Assembly (NCBI GenBank): GCA_964016885.1
Contig: OZ024743.1
Span: 247,380,001-247,444,000 of the forward strand
DNA: 64,000 bases
Direction of reading: 5' to 3'
From: Eledone cirrhosa
Taxonomy: Eukaryota
Position 1 is the first letter of the stretch, and every line of letters begins with the position of its first letter. Positions 35,176 to 50,199 of this stretch are shown here, piece by piece. The translations under genes were made by a program, and so were the position numbers. The notes beneath the pieces are model-generated. The model saw only the letters and a program-made list of their open reading frames with translations. It ran no database searches and had not been told where the DNA came from.

Positions 35176-38100
35176 TGTGCAGACACACATTGGTTGTGTG
35201 TGGTGTGATTTTCAAAAAAAACTGCCCATGCTAAATGAGGCAGCTGAAGTCCGGCGGCGAATGGTGTGCTTCGAAGAAAACGAATCACAAAAATGACGAT
35301 TTGCCGGCGGAGTTACCTTTTAAATCGCGGGCCGGCCGCCCGTGGTCGGATCGATCTGTAATTACTGGTACATGTGCAGACACACATTGGTTGTGTGTGG
35401 TGTGATTTTCAAAAAAAACTGCCCATGCTAAATGAGGCAGCTGAAGTCCGCCGGCGAATGGTGTGCTTCGAAGAAAACGAATCCGAAAATGACGATTTGC
35501 AGGCGGAGTAACCTTTTCGATTGTGGGCCGGCCGCCCGTGGTGGGATCCATCTGTAATTACTGGTACATGTGCAGACACTCATTGGCTGTGTGTGGTGTG
35601 ATCTTCAAGAAAAACTGCTCATGCTAAATGAGGCAGCTGAAGTCCGCCGGCGAATGGTGTGCTTCGAAGAAAACGAATCCGAAAATGACGATTTGCAGGC
35701 GGAGTAACCGTTTCGATTGTGGGCCGGCCGCCCGTGGTGGGATCCATCTGTAATTACTGGTACATGTGCAGACACTCATTGGCTATGTGTGGCGTGAATT
35801 TCAGCAAGATATCTCCGTACAATCAATAGTTGTGGCTGTGGAACCAAACCGTGTTAAACCTCAACAAAGTCCGCCGGCGAATGGTGTGCTTCGAAGAAAA
35901 CGAATCCAAAAATGACGATTTGCCGGCGGAGTTACCTTTTTCTCGATCGTGGGCCGGCCGCCCGTGGTCGCATCGATCTCTAATTACTGGTACATGTGCA
36001 GACACTCATTGGGTGTGTGTGGTGTGATCTTCAAGAAAAACTGCCCATGCTAAATGAGGCAGCTGAAGTCCGCCGGCGAATGGTGTGCTTCGAAGAAAAC
36101 GAATCCGAAAATGACGATTTGCAGGCGGAGTAACCTTTTCGATTGTGGGCCGGCCGCCCGTGGTGGGATCCATCTGTAATTACTAGTACATGTGCAGACA
36201 CTCATTGGCTATGTGTGGCGTGAATTTCAGCAAGATATCTCCGTAAAATCAATAGTTGTGGCTGTGGAACCAAACCGTGTTAAACCTCAACAAAGTCCGC
36301 CGGCGAATGGTGTGCTTCGAAGAAAACGAATCCAAAAATGACGATTTGCCGGCGGAGTTACCTTTTTCTCGATCGTGGGCCGGCCGCCCGTGGTCGCATC
36401 GATCTCTAATTACTGGTACATGTGCAGACACACATTTCCTGTGTGTGGTGTGATCTTCAAGAAAAACTGCCCATGCTAACTGAGGCAGCTGAAGTCCGCC
36501 GGCGAATGGTGTGCTTCGAAGAAAACGAATCCGAAAATGACGATTTGCAGGCGGAGTAACCTTTTCGATTGTGGGCCGGCCGCCCGTGGTGGGATCCATC
36601 TGTAATTACTGGTACATGTGCAGACACTCATTGGCTGTGTGTGGTGTGATCTTCAAGAAAAACTGCCCATGCTAAATGAGGCAGCTGAAGTCCGCCGGCG
36701 AATGGTGTGCTTCGAAGAAAACGAATCCAAAAATGACGATTTGCCGGCGGAGTTACCTTTTCAATCGCGGGCCGGCCGCCCGTGGTCGGATCGATCTATA
36801 ATTACTGGTACATGTGCAGACCCTCATTGGCTATGTGTGGCGTGACTTTCAGCAAGATATCTCCGTAAAATCAATAGTTGTGGCTGTGGAACCAAACCGT
36901 GTTAAACGTCAACAAAGTCGTTGAGCGTAAGTTTGTTTACATTGAACTCGTGGTGGGATCGATCTGTAATTACTGGTACATGTGCAGACACACATTGGTT
37001 GTGTGTGGTGTGATTTTCAAAAAAAAACTGCCCATGCTAAATGAGGAAGCTGAAGTCCGCCGGCGAATAATGTGCTTCGAAGAAGCGAATCACAAAAATG
37101 CGGATTTGCCAGCGGAGTTACCTTTTCGATCGTGGGCCGGCCGCCCGTGGTCAGATCGATCTATAATTACTGGTACATGTGCAGACACACATTGGTTGTG
37201 TGTGGTGTGATTCTCAAAAAAAGCTGCCCATGCTAAATGAGGCAGCTGAAGTCCGGCGGCGAATGGTGCGCTTCGAAGAAAACGAATCACAAAAATGACG
37301 ATTTGCCGGCGGAGTTACCTTTTTAATCGCGGGCCGGCCGCCCGGGGTCGGATCGATCTGTAATTACTGGTACCTCTGCAAACATTCATTGGCTGTGTGT
37401 GGTGTGATCTTCAAGAAAAACTGCCCATGCTAAATGAGGCAGCTGAAGTCCGGCGGCGAATGGTGTGCTTCGAAGAAAACGAATCACAAAAATGACGATT
37501 TGCCGGCGGAGTTACCTTTTCAATCGCGGGCCGGCCGCCCGTGGTCGGATCGATCTGTAATTACTGGTACATGTGCAGACACTCATTGGTTGTGTGTGGT
37601 GTGATTTAAAAAAAAAACTGCCCATGCTAAATGAGGCAGCTGAAGTCCGGCGGCGAATGGTGTGCTTCGAAGAAAACGGATCACAAAAATGACGATTTGC
37701 CGGCGGAGTTACCTTTTCAATCGCGGGCCGGCTGCCCGAGGTCGGATCGATCTGTAATTACTGGTACCTGTGCAAACATTCATTGGCTATGTGTGGCGTG
37801 AATTTCAGCAAGATATCTCCGTAAAATCAATAGTTGTGGCTGTGGAACCAAACCGTGTTAAACGTCAACAAAGTCCGCCGGCGAATGGTGTGCTTCGAAG
37901 AAAACGAATCACAAAAATGACGATTTGCCGGCGGAGTTACCTTTTCAATCGCGGGCCGGCCATCCCTGGTCGGATCGATCTGTAATTACTGGTACATGTG
38001 CAGACACTCATTGGCTATGTGTGGCGTGAATTTCAGCAAGATATCTCCGTAAAATCAATAGTTGTGGCTGTGGAACCAAACCGTGTTAAACGTCAACAAA

Positions 38101-41100
38101 GTCCGCCGGCGAATGGTGTGCTTCGAAGAAAACGAATCACAAAAATGACGATTTGCCGGCGGAGTTACCTTTTCAATCGCGGGCCGGCCGCCCGTGGTCG
38201 GATCGATCTGTAATTACTGGTACATGTGCAGACACACATTGGTTGTGTGTGGTGTGATTTTAAAAAAAAACTGCCTATGCTAAATGAGGCAGCTGAAGTC
38301 CGGCGGCGAATGGTGTGCTTCGAAGAAAACGGATCACAAAAATGATGATTTGCCGGCGGAGTTACCTTTTTCTCGATCGTGGGCCGGCCGCCCGTGGTCG
38401 GATCGATCTCTAATTACTGGTACATGTGCAGACACTCATTGGCTGTGTGTGGTGTGATCTTCAAGAAAAACTGCCCATGCTAAATGAGGCAGCTGAAGTC
38501 CGCCGGCGAATGGTGTGCTTCGAAGAAAACGAATCCGAAAATGACGATTTGCAGGCGGAGTAACCTTTTCGATTGTGGGCCGGCCGCCCGTGGTGGGATC
38601 CATCTGTAATTACTGGTACATGTGCAGACACTCATTGGCTGTGTGTGGTGTGATCTTCAAGAAAAACTGCTCATGCTAAATGAGGCAGATGAAGTCCGCC
38701 GGCGAATGGTGTGCTTCGAAGAAAACGAATCCGAAAATGACGATTTGCAGGCGGAGTAACCTTTTCGATTGTGGGCCGGCCGCCCGTGGTGGGATCCATC
38801 TGCAATTACTGGTACATGTGCAGACACTCATTGGGTGTGTGTGGTGTGATCTTCAAGAAAAACTGCCCATGCTAAATGAGGCAGCTGAAGTCCGCCGGCG
38901 AATGGTGTGCTTCGAAGAAAACGAATCCGAAAATGACGATTTGCAGGCGGAGTAACCTTTTCGATTATGGGCCGGCCGCCCGTGGTGGGATCCATCTGTA
39001 ATTACTGGTACATGTGCAGACACTCATTGGCTATGTGTGGCGTGAATTTCAGCAAGATATCTCCTTAAAATCAATAGTTGTGGCTGTGGAACCAAACCGT
39101 GTTAAACGTCAACAAAGTCCGCCGGCGAATGGTGTGCTTCGAAGAAAACGAATCACAAAAATGACGATTTGCCGGCGGAGTTACCTTTTCAATCGCGGGC
39201 CGGCAGCCCGTGGTCGGATCGATCTGTAATTACTGGTACATGTGCAGACACACATTGGTTGTGTGTGGTGTGATTTTCAAAAAAAACTGCCCATGCTAAA
39301 TGAGGCAGCTGAAGTTCGGCGGCGAATGGTGTGCTTCGAAGAAAACGGATCACAAAAATGACGATTTGCCGACGGAGTTACCTTTTTCTCGATCGTGGGC
39401 CGGCCGCCCGTGGTCGGATCGATCTCTAATTACTGGTACATGTGCAGACACTCATTGGCTGTGTGTGGTGTGATCCTCAAGAAAAACTGCCCATGCTAAA
39501 TGAGGCAGCTGAAGTCCGCCGGCGAATGGTGTGCTTCGAAGAAAACGAATCCAAAAATGACGATTTGCAGGCAGAGTAACCTTTTCGATTGTGGGCCGGC
39601 CGCCCGTGGTGGGATCCATCTGTAATTACTGGTACATGTGCAGACACTCATTGGCTGTGTGTGGTGTGATCTTCAAGAAAAACTTCTCATGCTAAATGAG
39701 GCAGCTGAAGTCCGCCGGCGAATGGTGTGCTTCGAAGAAAACGAATCCGAAAATGACGATTTGCAGGCGGAGTAACCTTTTCGATTGTGGGCCGGCCGCC
39801 CGTGGTGGGATCCATCTGTAATTACTGGTACATGTGCAGACACTCATTGGCTATGTGTGGCGTGAATTTCAGCAAGATATCTCCTTAAAAGCAATAGTTG
39901 TGGCTGTGGAACCAAACCGTGTTAAACGTCAACAAAGTCGTTGAGCGTAAGTTTGTTTACATTGAACTCGTGGTGGGATCGATCTGTAATTACTGGTACA
40001 TGTGCAGACACACATTGGTTGTGTGTGGTGTGATTTTCAAAAAAAACTGCCCATGCTAAATGAGGCAGCTGAAGTCCGGCGGCGAATGGTGTGCTTCGAA
40101 GAAAACGAATCACAAAAATGACGATTTGCCGGCGGAGTTACCTTTTCAATCGCGGGCCGGCCGCCCGTGGTCGGATCGATCTGTAATTACTGGTACATGT
40201 GCAGACACACATTGGTTGTGTGTGGTGTGATTTTCAAAAAAAACTGCCCATGCTAAATGAGGCAGCTGAAGTCCGGCGGCGAATGGTGTGCTTCGAAGAA
40301 AACGGATCACAAAAATGACGATTTGCCGGCGGAGTTACCTTTTTCTCGATCGTGGGCCGGCCGCCCGTGGTCGGATCGATCTCTAATTACTGGTACATGT
40401 GCAGACACTCATTGGGTGTGTGTGGTGTGATCTTCAAGAAAAACTGCCCATGCTAAATGAGGCAGCTGAAGTCCGCCGGCGAATGGTGTGCTTCGAAGAA
40501 AACGAATCCGAAAATGACGATTTGCAGGCGGAGTAACCTTTTCGATTGTGGGCCGGCCGCCCGTGGTGGGATCCATCTGTAATTACTGGTACATGTGCAG
40601 ACACTCATTGGCTGTGTGTGGTGTGATCTTCAAGAAAAACTGCTCATGCTAAATGAGGCAGCTGAAGTCCGCCGGCGAATGGTGTGCTTCGAAGAAAACG
40701 AATCCGAAAATGACGATTTGCAGGCGGAGTAACCGTTTCGATTGTGGGCCGGCCGCCCGTGGTGGGATCCATCTGTAATTACTGGTACATGTGCAGACAC
40801 TCATTGGCTATGTGTGGCGTGAATTTCAGCAAGATATCTCCGTAAAATCAATAGTTGTGGCTGTGGAACCAAACCGTGTTAAACGTCAACAAAGTCGTTG
40901 AGCGTAAGTTTGTTTACATTGAACTCGTGGTGGGATCGATCTGTAATTACTGGTACATGTGCAGACACACATTGGTTGTGTGTGGTGTGATTTTCAAAAA
41001 AAACTGCCCATGCTAAATGAGGCAGCTGAAGTCCGGCGGCGAATGGTGTGCTTCGAAGAAAACGAATCACAAAAATGACGATTTGCCGGCGGAGTTACCT

Positions 41101-43959
41101 TTTCAATCGCGGGCCGGCCGCCCGTGGTCGGATCGATCTGTAATTACTGGTACATGTGCAGACACACATTGGTTGTGTGTGGTGTGATTTTCAAAAAAAA
41201 CTGCCCATGCTAAATGAGGCAGCTGAAGTCCGGCGGCGAATGGTGTGCTTCGAAGAAAACGGATCACAAAAATGACGATTTGCCGGCGGAGTTACATTTT
41301 TCTCGATCGTGGGCCGGCCGCCCGTGGTCGGATCGATCTCTAATTACTGGTACATGTGCAGACACTCATTGGGTGTGTGTGGTGTGATCTTCAAGAAAAA
41401 CTGCCCATGCTAAATGAGGCAGCTGAAGTCCGCCGGCGAATGGTGTGCTTCGAAGAAAACGAATCCGAAAATGACGATTTGCAGGCGGAGTAACCTTTTC
41501 GATTGTGGGCCGGCCGCCCGTGGTGGGATCCATCTGTAATTACTGGTACATGTGCAGACACTCATTGGCTGTGTGTGGTGTGATCTTCAAGAAAAACTGC
41601 TCATGCTAAATGAGGCAGCTGAAGTCCGCCGGCGAATGGTGTGCTTCGAAGAAAACGAATCCGAAAATGACGATTTGCAGGCGGAGTAACCGTTTCGATT
41701 GTGGGCCGGCCGCCCGTGGTGGGATCCATCTGTAATTACTGGTACATGTGCAGACACTCATTGGCTATGTGTGGCGTGAATTTCAGCAAGATATCTCCGT
41801 AAAATCAATAGTTGTGGCTGTGGAACCAAACCGTGTTAAACGTCAACAAAGTCGTTGAGCGTAAGTTTGTTTACATTGAACTCGTGGTGGGATCGATCTG
41901 TAATTACTGGTACATGTGCAGACACACATTGGTTGTGTGTGGTGTGATTTTCAAAAAAAACTGCCCATGCTAAATGAGGCAGCTGAAGTCCGGCGGCGAA
42001 TGGTGTGCTTCGAAGAAAACGAATCACAAAAATGACGATTTGCCGGCGGAGTTACCTTTTAAATCGCGGGCCGGCCGCCCGTGGTCGGATCGATCTGTAA
42101 TTACTGGTACATGTGCAGACACACATTGGTTGTGTGTGGTGTGATTTTCAAAAAAAACTGCCCATGCTAAATGAGGCAGCTGAAGTCCGCCGGCGAATGG
42201 TGTGCTTCGAAGAAAACGAATCCGAAAATGACGATTTGCAGGCGGAGTAACCTTTTCGATTGTGGGCCGGCCGCCCGTGGTGGGATCCATCTGTAATTAC
42301 TGGTACATGTGCAGACACTCATTGGCTGTGTGTGGTGTGATCTTCAAGAAAAACTGCTCATGCTAAATGAGGCAGCTGAAGTCCGCCGGCGAATGGTGTG
42401 CTTCGAAGAAAACGAATCCGAAAATGACGATTTGCAGGCGGAGTAACCGTTTCGATTGTGGGCCGGCCGCCCGTGGTGGGATCCATCTGTAATTACTGGT
42501 ACATGTGCAGACACTCATTGGCTATGTGTGGCGTGAATTTCAGCAAGATATCTCCGTACAATCAATAGTTGTGGCTGTGGAACCAAACCGTGTTAAACCT
42601 CAACAAAGTCCGCCGGCGAATGGTGTGCTTCGAAGAAAACGAATCCAAAAATGACGATTTGCCGGCGGAGTTACCTTTTTCTCGATCGTGGGCCGGCCGC
42701 CCGTGGTCGCATCGATCTCTAATTACTGGTACATGTGCAGACACTCATTGGGTGTGTGTGGTGTGATCTTCAAGAAAAACTGCCCATGCTAAATGAGGCA
42801 GCTGAAGTCCGCCGGCGAATGGTGTGCTTCGAAGAAAACGAATCCGAAAATGACGATTTGCAGGCGGAGTAACCTTTTCGATTGTGGGCCGGCCGCCCGT
42901 GGTGGGATCCATCTGTAATTACTAGTACATGTGCAGACACTCATTGGCTATGTGTGGCGTGAATTTCAGCAAGATATCTCCGTAAAATCAATAGTTGTGG
43001 CTGTGGAACCAAACCGTGTTAAACGTCAACAAAGTCCGCCGGCGAATGGTGTGCTTCGAAGAAAACGAATCCAAAAATGACGATTTGCCGGCGGAGTTAC
43101 TTTTTCAATCGCGGGCCGGCCATCCGTGGTCGGATCGATCTGTAATTACTGCTACATGTGCAGACACTCATTGGCTATGTGTGGCGTGAATTTCAGCAAG
43201 ATATCTCCGTAAAATCAATAGTTGTGGCTGTGGAACCAAACCGTGTTAAACGTCAACAAAGTCGTTGAGCGTAAGTTTGTTTACATTGAACTCGTGGTGG
43301 GATCGATCTGTAATTACTGGTACATGTGCAGACACACATTGGTTGTGTGTGGTGTGATTTTCAAAAAAAACTGCCCATGCTAAATGAGGCAGCTGAAGTC
43401 CGGCGGCGAATGGTGTGCTTCGAAGAAAACGAATCACAAAAATGACGATTTGCCGGCGGAGTTACCTTTTCAATCGCGGGCCGGCCGCCCGTGGTCGGAT
43501 CGATCTGTAATTACTGGTACATGTGCAGACACACATTGGTTGTGTGTGGTGTGATTTTCAAAAAAAACTGCCCATGCTAAATGAGGCAGCTGAAGTCCGG
43601 CGGCGAATGGTGTGCTTCGAAGAAAACGGATCACAAAAATGACGATTTGCCGGCGGAGTTACCTTTTTCTCGATCGTGGGCCGGCCGCCCGTGGTCGGAT
43701 CGATCTCTAATTACTGGTACATGTGCAGACACTCATTGGGTGTGTGTGGTGTGATCTTCAAGAAAAACTGCCCATGCTAAATGAGGCAGCTGAAGTCCGC
43801 CGGCGAATGGTGTGCTTCGAAGAAAACGAATCCGAAAATGACGATTTGCAGGCGGAGTTACCTTTTCAATCGCGGGCCGGCCATCCGTGGTCGGATCGAT
43901 CTGTAATTACTGCTACATGTGCAGACACTCATTGGCTATGTGTGGCGTGAATTTCAGCA

Positions 43960-46680
43960 AGATATCTCCGTAAAATCAATAGTTGTGGCTGTGGAACCAA
44001 ACCGTGTTAAACGTCAACAAAGTCCGCCGGCGAATGGTGTGCTTCGAAGAAAACGAATCCAAAAATGACGATTTGCCGGCGGAGTTACCTTTTCAATCGC
44101 GGGCCGGCCATCCGTGGTCGGATCGATCTGTAATTACTGCTACATGTGCAGACACTCATTGGCTATGTGTGGCGTGAATTTCAGCAAGATATCTCCGTAA
44201 AATCAATAGTTGTGGCTGTGGAACCAAACCGTGTTAAACGTCAACAAAGTCCGCCGGCGAATGGTGTGCTTCGAAGAAAACGAATCCAAAAATGACGATT
44301 TGCCGGCGGAGTTACCTTTTCAATCGCGGGCCGGCCGCCCCTGGTCGGATCGATCTGTAATTACTGGTACATGTGCAGACACTCATTGGCTATGTGTGGC
44401 GTGAATTTCAGCAAGATATCTCCGTAAAATCAATAGTTGTGGCTGTGGAACCAAACCGTGTTAAACGTCAACAAAGTCGTTGAGCGTAAGTTTGTTTACA
44501 TTGAACTCGTGGTGGGATCGATCTGTAATTACTGGTACATGTGCAGACACACATTGGTTGTGTGAGGTGTGATTTTCAAAAAAAACTGCCCATGCTAAAT
44601 GAGGCAGCTGAAGTCCGGCGGCGAATGGTGTGCTTCGAACAAAACGAATCACAAAAATGACGATTTGCCGGCGGAGTTACCTTTTAAATCGCGGGCCGGC
44701 CGCCCGTGGTCGGATCGATCTGTAATTACTGGTACATGTGCAGACACACATTGGTTGTGTGTGGTGTGATTTTCAAAAAAAACTGCCCATGCTAAATGAG
44801 GCAGCTGAAGTCCGGCGGCGAATGGTGTGCTTCGAAGAAAACGGATCACAAAAATGACGATTTGCCGGCGGAGTTACCTTTTTAACGATCGTGGGCCGGC
44901 CGCCCGTGGTCGGATCGATCTCTAATTACTGGTACATGTGCAGACACTCATTGGCTGTGTGTGGTGTGATCTTCAAGAAAAACTGCCCATGCTAAATGAG
45001 GCAGCTGAAGTCCGGCGGCGAATGGTGTGCTTCGAAGAAAACGGATCACAAAAATGACGATTTGCCGGCGGAGTTACCTTTTCAATCGCGGGCCGGCCGC
45101 CCGTGGTCGGATCGATCTGTAATTACCGGTACATGTGCAGACACTCATTGGCTATGTGTGGCGTGAATTTCAGCAAGATATCTCCGTAAAATCAATAGTT
45201 GTGGCTGTGGAACCAAACCGTGTTAAACGTCAACAAAGTCCGCCGGCGAATGGTGTGCTTCGAAGAAAACGAATCCAAAAATGACGATTTGCCGGCGGAG
45301 TTACCTTTTCAATCGCGGGCCGGCCATCCGTGGTCGGATCGATCTGTAATTACTGCTACATGTGCAGACACTCATTGGCTATGTGTGGCGTGAATTTCAG
45401 CAAGATATCTCCGTAAAATCAATAGTTGTGGCTGTGGAACCAAACCGTGTTAAACGTCAACAAAGTCGTCGAGCGTAAGTTTGTTTACATTGAACTCGTG
45501 GTGGGATCGATCTGTAATTACTGGTACATGTGCAGACACACATTGGTTGTGTGTGGTGTGATTTTCAAAAAAAACTGCCCATGCTAAATGAGGCAGCTGA
45601 AGTCCGGCGGCGAATGGTGTGCTTCGAAGAAAACGAATCACAAAAATGACGATTTGCCGGCGGAGTTACCTTTTCAATCGCGGGCCCGCCGCCCGTGGTC
45701 GGATCGATCTGTAATTACTGGTACATGTGCAGACACACATTGGTTGTGTGTGGTGTGATTCTCAAAAAAAGCTGCCCATGCTAAATGAGGCAGCTGAAGT
45801 CCGGCGGCGAATGGTGTGCTTCGAAGAAAACGGATCACAAAAATGACGATTTGCCGGCGGAGTTACCTTTTTCTCGATCGTGGGCCGGCCGCCCGTGGTC
45901 GGATCGATCTCTAATTACTGGTACATGTGCAGACACTCATTGGGTGTGTGTGGTGTGATCTTCAAGAAAAACTGCCCATGCTAAATGAGGCAGCTGAAGT
46001 CCGCCGGCGAATGGTGTGCTTCGAAGAAAACGAATCCGAAAATGACGATTTGCAGGCGGAGTAACCTTTTCGATTGTGGGCCGGCCGCCCGTGGTGGGAT
46101 CCATCTGTAATTACTGGTACATGTGCAGACACTCATTGGCTGTGTGTGGTGTGATTTTCAAGAAAAACTGCTCATGCTAAATGAGGCAGCTGAAGTCCGC
46201 CGGCGAATGGTGTGCTTCGAAGAAAACGAATCCGAAAATGACGATTTGCAGGCGGAGTAACCGTTTCGATTGTGGGCCGGCCGCCCGTGGTGGGATCCAT
46301 CTGTAATTACTGGTACATGTGCAGACACTCATTGGCTATGTGTGGCGTGAATTTCAGCAAGATATCTCCTTAAAATCAATAGTTGTGGCTGTGAAACCAA
46401 ACCGTGTTAAACGTCAACAAAGTCGTTGAGCGTAAGTTAGTTTACATTGAACTCGTGGTGGGATCGATCTGTAATTACTGGTACATGTGCAGAAACACAT
46501 TGGTTGTGTGTGGTGTGATTTAAAAAAAAAACTGCCCATGCTAAATGAGGCAGCTGAAGTCCGGCGGCGAATGGTGTGCTTCGAAGAAAACGAATCACAA
46601 AAATGACGATTTGCCGGCGGAGTTACCTTTTCAATCGCGGGCCGGCCGCCCGTGGTCGGATCGATCTGTAATTACTGGTA
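43960..46680. repeat. ~2.7-kb block of array 2 present three times (also ~51713-54433 and ~57077-59797)
   Basis: Private variants TGTGAGGTG, GAACAAAAC, TTTAACGATC, TACCGGTAC, GTCGAGCG, GGGCCCGCC and GTGAAACC recur in the same order at offsets 7753 and 13117. Confidence 0.88.
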
Positions 46681-49600
46681 AATGTGCAGACACACATTGG
46701 TTGTGTGTGGTGTGATTTTCAAAAAAAACTGCCCATGCTAAATGAGGCAGCTGAAGTCCGCCGGCGAATGGTGTGCTTCGAAGAAAACGAATCCGAAAAT
46801 GACGATTTGCAGGCGGAGTAACCTTTTCGATTGTGGGCCGGCCGCCCGTGGTGGGATCCATCTGTAATTACTGGTACATGTGCAGACACTCATTGGCTGT
46901 GTGTGGTGTGATCTTCAAGAAAAACTGCTCATGCTAAATGAGGCAGCTGAAGTCCGCCGGCGAATGGTGTGCTTCGAAGAAAACGAATCCGAAAATGACG
47001 ATTTGCAGGCGGAGTAACCGTTTCGATTGTGGGCCGGCCGCCCGTGGTGGGATCCATCTGTAATTACTGGTACATGTGCAGACACTCATTGGCTATGTGT
47101 GGCGTGAATTTCAGCAAGATATCTCCGTACAATCAATAGTTGTGGCTGTGGAACCAAACCGTGTTAAACGTCAACAAAGTCCGCCGGCGAATGGTGTGCT
47201 TCGAAGAAAACGAATCCAAAAATGACGATTTGCCGGCGGAGTTACCTTTTTCTCGATCGTGGGCCGGCCGCCCGTGGTCGCATCGATCTCTAATTACTGG
47301 TACATGTGCAGACACTCATTGGGTGTGTGTGGTGTGATCTTCAAGAAAAACTGCCCATGCTAAATGAGGCAGCTGAAGTCCGCCGGCGAATGGTGTGCTT
47401 CGAAGAAAACGAATCCGAAAATGACGATTTGCAGGCGGAGTAACCTTTTCGATTGTGGGCCGGCCGCCCGTGGTGGGATCCATCTGTAATTACTGGTACA
47501 TGTGCAGACACTCATTGGCTGTGTGTGGTGTGATCTTCAAGAAAAACTGCCCATGCTAAATGAGGCAGCTGAAGTCCGCCGGCGAATGGTGTGCTTCGAA
47601 GAAAACGAATCCGAAAATGACGATTTGCAGGCGGAGTAACCTTTTCGATTGTGGGCCGGCCGCCCGTGGTGGGATCCATCTGTAATTACTAGTACATGTG
47701 CAGACACTCATTGGCTATGTGTGGCGTGAATTTCAGCAAGATATCTCCTTAAAATCAATAGTTGTGGCTGTGGAACCAAACCGTGTTAAACGTCAACAAA
47801 GTCCGCCGGCGAATGGTGTGCTTCGAAGAAAACGAATCAAAAAATGACGATTTGCCGGCGGAGTTACCTTTTCAATCGCGGGCCGGCCATCCGTGGTCGG
47901 ATCGATCTGTAATTACTGCTACATGTGCAGACACTCATTGGATATGTGTGGCGTGAATTTCAGCAAGATATCTCCGTAAAATCAATAGTTGTGGCTGTGG
48001 AACCAAACCGTGTTAAACGTCAACAAAGTCGTTGAGCGTAAGTTTGTTTACATTGAACTCGTGGTGGGATCGATCTGTAATTACTGGTACATGTGCAGAC
48101 ACACATTGGTTGTGTGTGGTGTGATTTTCAAAAAAAACTGCCCATGCTAAATGAGGCAGCTGAAGTCCGGCGGCGAATGGTGTGCTTCGAAGAAAACGAA
48201 TCACAAAAATGACGATTTGCCGGCGGAGTTACCTTTTCAATCGCGGGCCGGCCGCCCGTGGTCGGATCGATCTGTAATTACTGGTACATGTGCAGACACA
48301 CATTGGTTGTGTGTGGTGTGATTTTCAAAAAAAACTGCCCATGCTAAATGAGGCAGCTGAAGTCCGGCGGCGAATGGTGTGCTTCGAAGAAAACGGATCA
48401 CAAAAATGACGATTTGCCGGCGGAGTTACCTTTTTCTCGATCGTGGGCCGGCCGCCCGTGGTCGGATCGATCTCTAATTACTGGTACATGTGCAGACACT
48501 CATTGGGTGTGTGTGGTGTGATCTTCAAGAAAAACTGCCCATGCTAAATGAGGCAGCTGAAGTCCGCCGGCGAATGGTGTGCTTCGAAGAAAACGAATCC
48601 GAAAATGACGATTTGCAGGCGGAGTAACCTTTTCGATTGTGGGCCGGCCGCCCGTGGTGGGATCCATCTGTAATTACTGGTACATGTGCAGACACTCATT
48701 GGCTGTGTGTGGTGTGATCTTCAAGAAAAACTGCTCATGCTAAATGAGGCAGCTGAAGTCCGCCGGCGAATGGTGTGCTTCGAAGAAAACGAATCCGAAA
48801 ATGACGATTTGCAGGCGGAGTAACCGTTTCGATTGTGGGCCGGCCGCCCGTGGTGGGATCCATCTGTAATTACTGGTACATGTGCAGACACTCATTGGCT
48901 ATGTGTGGCGTGAATTTCAGCAAGATATCTCCGTAAAATCAATAGTTGTGGCTGTGGAACCAAACCGTGTTAAACGTCAACAAAGTCGTTGAGCGTAAGT
49001 TTGTTTACATTGAACTCGTGGTGGGATCGATCTGTAATTACTGGTACATGTGCAGACACACATTGGTTGTGTGTGGTGTGATTTTCAAAAAAAACTGCCC
49101 ATGCTAAATGAGGCAGCTGAAGTCCGGCGGCGAATGGTGTGCTTCGAAGAAAACGAATCACAAAAATGACGATTTGCCGGCGGAGTTACCTTTTAAATCG
49201 CGGGCCGGCCGCCCGTGGTCGGATCGATCTGTAATTACTGGTACATGTGCAGACACACATTGGTTGTGTGTGGTGTGATTTTCAAAAAAAACTGCCCATG
49301 CTAAATGAGGCAGCTGAAGTCCGCCGGCGAATGGTGTGCTTCGAAGAAAACGAATCCGAAAATGACGATTTGCAGGCGGAGTAACCTTTTCGATTGTGGG
49401 CCGGCCGCCCGTGGTGGGATCCATCTGTAATTACTGGTACATGTGCAGACACTCATTGGCTGTGTGTGGTGTGATCTTCAAGAAAAACTGCTCATGCTAA
49501 ATGAGGCAGCTGAAGTCCGCCGGCGAATGGTGTGCTTCGAAGAAAACGAATCCGAAAATGACGATTTGCAGGCGGAGTAACCGTTTCGATTGTGGGCCGG

Positions 49601-50199
49601 CCGCCCGTGGTGGGATCCATCTGTAATTACTGGTACATGTGCAGACACTCATTGGCTATGTGTGGCGTGAATTTCAGCAAGATATCTCCGTACAATCAAT
49701 AGTTGTGGCTGTGGAACCAAACCGTGTTAAACGTCAACAAAGTCCGCCGGCGAATGGTGTGCTTCGAAGAAAACGAATCCAAAAATGACGATTTGCCGGC
49801 GGAGTTACCTTTTTCTCGATCGTGGGCCGGCCGCCCGTGGTCGCATCGATCTCTAATTACTGGTACATGTGCAGACACTCATTGGGTGTGTGTGGTGTGA
49901 TCTTCAAGAAAAACTGCCCATGCTAAATGAGGCAGCTGAAGTCCGCCGGCGAATGGTGTGCTTCGAAGAAAACGAATCCGAAAATGACGATTTGCAGGCG
50001 GAGTAACCTTTTCGACTGTGGGCCGGCCGCCCGTGGTGGGATCCATCTGTAATTACTGGTACATGTGCAGACACTCATTGGCTGTGTGTGGTGTGATCTT
50101 CAAGAAAAACTGCCCATGCTAAATGAGGCAGCTGAAGTCCGCCGGCGAATGGTGTGCTTCGAAGAAAACGAATCCGAAAATGACGATTTGCAGGCGGAG

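Larger units (their letters stand above)
29672..43024. repeat. Tandem segmental duplication within array 2, period 6739 bp
   Basis: ORF pairs 29879/36618, 30139/36878, 31941/38680, 35830/42569. The rare variants CACATTTCCTGTG and GCTAACTGAGG are at ~29692 and ~36431. Confidence 0.93.
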
